A DNA stretch of 47,877 nt, from positions 1 through 47,877 of the forward strand of contig CAZMNE010000001.1 in assembly GCA_964567645.1 (NCBI GenBank), read 5' to 3'. The stretch's first letter is position 1. Each line of letters starts with the position of its first letter. The notes under the pieces were generated by a model that made no database searches, was not told the origin of the DNA, and saw only the letters and a list, made by a program, of their open reading frames with translations. The translations under genes and the position numbers were made by a program. Below, piece by piece: positions 45,881-47,877 of this stretch. The DNA is from an uncultured Gammaproteobacteria bacterium (lineage in GTDB: Bacteria; Patescibacteriota; Patescibacteriia; Patescibacteriales; UBA12465).

Positions 45881-46690
45881 TTACTTCAGGGCCAAATAAA
45901 CAGCCGTGGGGTTTATTGAAATAAATACCCCTTCAACACCCATTGGCAACCTTTCTCTGAAATACCCCACTTTTACAATATTAGCTCTAACATTGTAATT
46001 TCCAGAAATTTCCACTCCCACCTTATAGATCGGATTCAAGGTCATTTCTGACTTTTCAAATCCAATAACTGGTGAAATATAAAATTCCGGAATCGGAAGA
46101 ATAAATCTTATTAAAGAAATATCGGCTTTCAAAGAGAGGCCCCCATTTTCGAAATAACTGTCAGCATACTCATTTGTGAATCCAAATTTCTGCATAGCGT
46201 TTACTTCGATACGAGGAAAAATTCTAGTTTCAGGTGTCAATAAAATTGAACCTGCCAAAATAATTCCAGGCTTAACTGTCTTCACCGAAAAAGTATCGGT
46301 TGTTCCAGTAATATAGCCATAATCTTTCTGATTAAATCGATAATAACCGGCGCCAATTTTCAATTCACCTAAACTAAAGTTTTGGCGAAAAGAAAGACCA
46401 AAATTAAATCCGGAAAGATCACGAGCGCGGTAGGTTTGAACCAAGGCATTGCTACCTTGATAACCACCAAATACTCCCACCTGGGAATTTGACGCTCCAA
46501 AAAAGAATTCGCCCTGAATACGGTTTGAGCTAAAAACTCCCACCTTTACCAGGGTATCACCTTCGGAATTAAGGTATTGATCACGGAAGGTCGTTTGACC
46601 TTCGTAGGTCAATGAAAATTTTTCAGTTTCAGTTTGCGCTAAAGCCATAAATGGCAGCACTACAATTAATATCAACAATATTCTTTTCAT
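45881..46690 (-). CDS. exported protein with outer-membrane beta-barrel-like sequence pattern, compositional outlier
   Basis: Signal peptide MKRILLILIVVLPFMALA/QT. About 14 short alternating hydrophobic/polar, Gly- and aromatic-rich segments (VGVFGGYQG, FNFGLSFRQNF, LKIGAGYYRF, YKVGVEISGNY). Arg is about as frequent as Lys, unlike the Lys-rich backbone. Confidence 0.6.
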   Translation of the reverse strand: MKRILLILIVVLPFMALAQTETEKFSLTYEGQTTFRDQYLNSEGDTLVKVGVFSSNRIQGEFFFGASNSQVGVFGGYQGSNALVQTYRARDLSGFNFGLSFRQNFSLGELKIGAGYYRFNQKDYGYITGTTDTFSVKTVKPGIILAGSILLTPETRIFPRIEVNAMQKFGFTNEYADSYFENGGLSLKADISLIRFILPIPEFYISPVIGFEKSEMTLNPIYKVGVEISGNYNVRANIVKVGYFRERLPMGVEGVFISINPTAVYLALK

Positions 46691-46736
46691 ATCTGTAATT
46701 ATTTATTGGTTTATATTTTAAAAGAACTAACTGAAT

Positions 46737-46765
46737 ATTATAACATAAATAATTTTATATGTCAA
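46737..46765 (-). promoter_or_regulatory. consensus promoter TTGACA-17 nt-(TGT)TATAAT for 45881-46690
   Basis: On the minus strand: -35 at 46765-46760, 17-nt spacer ending in TGT, -10 at 46742-46737, about 47 nt upstream of the ATG at 46690. Confidence 0.6.
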
Positions 46766-46788
46766 GAGCTCTGACTAGCAGAGCTCTT
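46764..46788 (-). terminator. perfect 10-bp hairpin without U-tract, downstream of the Wzz-like gene
   Basis: AAGAGCTCTG (46764-46773) / CAGAGCTCTT (46779-46788), loop ACTAG. Overlaps the -35 of the next promoter. Confidence 0.4.
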
Positions 46789-46818
46789 AAACTAATATCA
46801 TTATATATTTTTATGGTT

Positions 46819-47610
46819 TTATTGGAATAAATTATCAATATCACCCGATTTTTTAACATTTTCATAATTATTTTCGTCCTCTTTTTCAGACATTTTTGCC
46901 TCCCTATTTTCTTCTATATTTCTCATGGTAGAAGCTGCTTGATTTATTGGTAATAATTTTTTCTTTTTTGGGGCTTTATTTTTATGACCAAACAAATGAA
47001 TATCATACTTTCTTTCTGGAAATAAATAAGTATAAACCAAGCCAAAAAACAAACTACCAGCAATAACAATAAGTAAAGCATACATCAAGTTTGGTTTAGT
47101 TGGATAGGTGGAAGCAATTGGTTGATCAATAACATTAATCTTTACCGAGCTACCTAAACCATGAAAATTTTGATGCTTAGTTATTAAAACATGATTAACA
47201 GCTAAAGCAATTTGGGTAGCCTGATAATTATCTTTATGATAAACACTAATATTAATAATTCCAGAGTCCTCTAAGCTCTTAGCTGAAACCGTTTTTTTCC
47301 AAGCTTTACTTTGCTTAATAGAGGTATCACCAAAATAATTTTTATCAATATTGAAATCTGAGTCCATTACTGATTCATAAAAAGAATTGGAGTAAACCAC
47401 TCTAGTTAATAAATCGGATAAATATTCTACTGACCGAGAGACTGAATAAGGATCAACTCGACCAGCTCCCTCTTGAATAACCAATATTTTTGATTTAGTG
47501 CTATATTTAAAATCTTGAGTTAATAAGACCAATAATCCTACTACCAAAAAAACTAAAAAAATAGAAAACAAAGTTTGACGTTTTTGTTTAATTAAAGCAA
47601 TTAAGTCCAT
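46819..47610 (-). CDS. Wzz/chain-length-determinant-like membrane protein
   Basis: N-terminal TM helix after MDLIALIKQKRQTLF, periplasmic-type region, second TM helix (LMYALLIVIAGSLFFGLVYTYLF), charged tail. The topology and N-terminus are typical of the Wzz/YveK family. Confidence 0.5.
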   Translation of the reverse strand: MDLIALIKQKRQTLFSIFLVFLVVGLLVLLTQDFKYSTKSKILVIQEGAGRVDPYSVSRSVEYLSDLLTRVVYSNSFYESVMDSDFNIDKNYFGDTSIKQSKAWKKTVSAKSLEDSGIINISVYHKDNYQATQIALAVNHVLITKHQNFHGLGSSVKINVIDQPIASTYPTKPNLMYALLIVIAGSLFFGLVYTYLFPERKYDIHLFGHKNKAPKKKKLLPINQAASTMRNIEENREAKMSEKEDENNYENVKKSGDIDNLFQ

Positions 47611-47651
47611 ATAATTTTTTTAAAAAATTAATTTTATTTATTCTGCCCATT

Positions 47652-47660
47652 ATTATAACA
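47652..47660 (-). promoter_or_regulatory. extended -10 element TGTTATAAT upstream of the Wzz-like gene
   Basis: Minus-strand TGTTATAAT lies inside an 11-bp-stem hairpin (47643-47670), about 42 nt upstream of the ATG at 47610. Confidence 0.35.
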
Positions 47661-47685
47661 TAATGAGCAGATAAGTAAAACTAAA

Positions 47686-47877
47686 TTAATTATTTTCTAC
47701 GATAGCATCTTTTATCTCTAATCCAATGCTATATGTATAATTAGAATCATTTCCAGTAACTTTAATATCTGTTCTTTCGGAAATATTTCTAATAACCATG
47801 CCATTATCATTTTCACTCTGAACTATAACTCTATCCCTAGAATTGCTAGTTGATAATTCTGGAGCATTTAAAACCTT
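47686..47877 (-). CDS. 3' end of an unidentified gene (5' part outside the window)
   Basis: Frame open from the window edge to TAA (47688-47686): ..KVLNAPELSTSNSRDRVIVQSENDNGMVIRNISERTDIKVTGNDSNYTYSIGLEIKDAIVENN. Confidence 0.4.
   Translation of the reverse strand, partial: KVLNAPELSTSNSRDRVIVQSENDNGMVIRNISERTDIKVTGNDSNYTYSIGLEIKDAIVENN

Noticed and set aside
1-47877. Searched by eye for tRNA, rRNA, CRISPR repeats, transposase or IS ends, toxin-antitoxin pairs and retron/DGR-type reverse transcriptases.
   Set aside because: No intergenic stretch has the GC-rich, structured look of a tRNA or rRNA. No short direct repeats with spacers are present. No ORF shows DDE, RT or TA-family motifs. A covariance-model scan (tRNAscan-SE, Infernal) would be needed to be certain.

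Overview
Very AT-rich, tightly packed bacterial chromosome segment with about 45 genes, many gaps under 30 nt and several overlapping stops and starts. It uses the standard genetic code (TGA is a stop, e.g. at 15059-15061). Most of the window is housekeeping: four aminoacyl-tRNA synthetases (leuS, serS, gltX, metG), dnaX, rnhB, pyrG, rsmI, secE-nusG-rplK-rplA, rpmA, alr, an ftsQ-like gene, uppP, corA, an S41 protease, an M23 peptidase and a XerC/D recombinase. I found no rRNA, tRNA, CRISPR array or transposase. Canonical Shine-Dalgarno sequences are absent upstream of essentially every gene except one. Compactness, AT-richness, giant surface proteins and odd domain fusions suggest an ultra-small uncultivated lineage (CPR/Patescibacteria-like); this is inference only. 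Main points of interest: (1) an 8-kb minus-strand operon (45310 to 37303) of mini-ferredoxin, 172-aa charged protein, membrane-anchored TraD/VirD4-type ATPase, 1305-aa duplicated-module exported protein and uppP, with no other type IV secretion parts in the window; (2) three single-gene cassettes encoding exported proteins (two lipoprotein-like, one beta-barrel-like) whose nucleotide and amino-acid composition departs from the backbone; (3) an active Xer recombinase translationally coupled to a 155-aa ORF and a catalytically degenerate, frameshifted recombinase-like gene carrying a U UUU UUA heptamer; (4) a UvrD-type helicase with an inserted DEDD exonuclease domain; (5) a TagA-type glycosyltransferase fused to a Nudix domain. 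All product calls rest on motifs recognised by eye; no database search was run.
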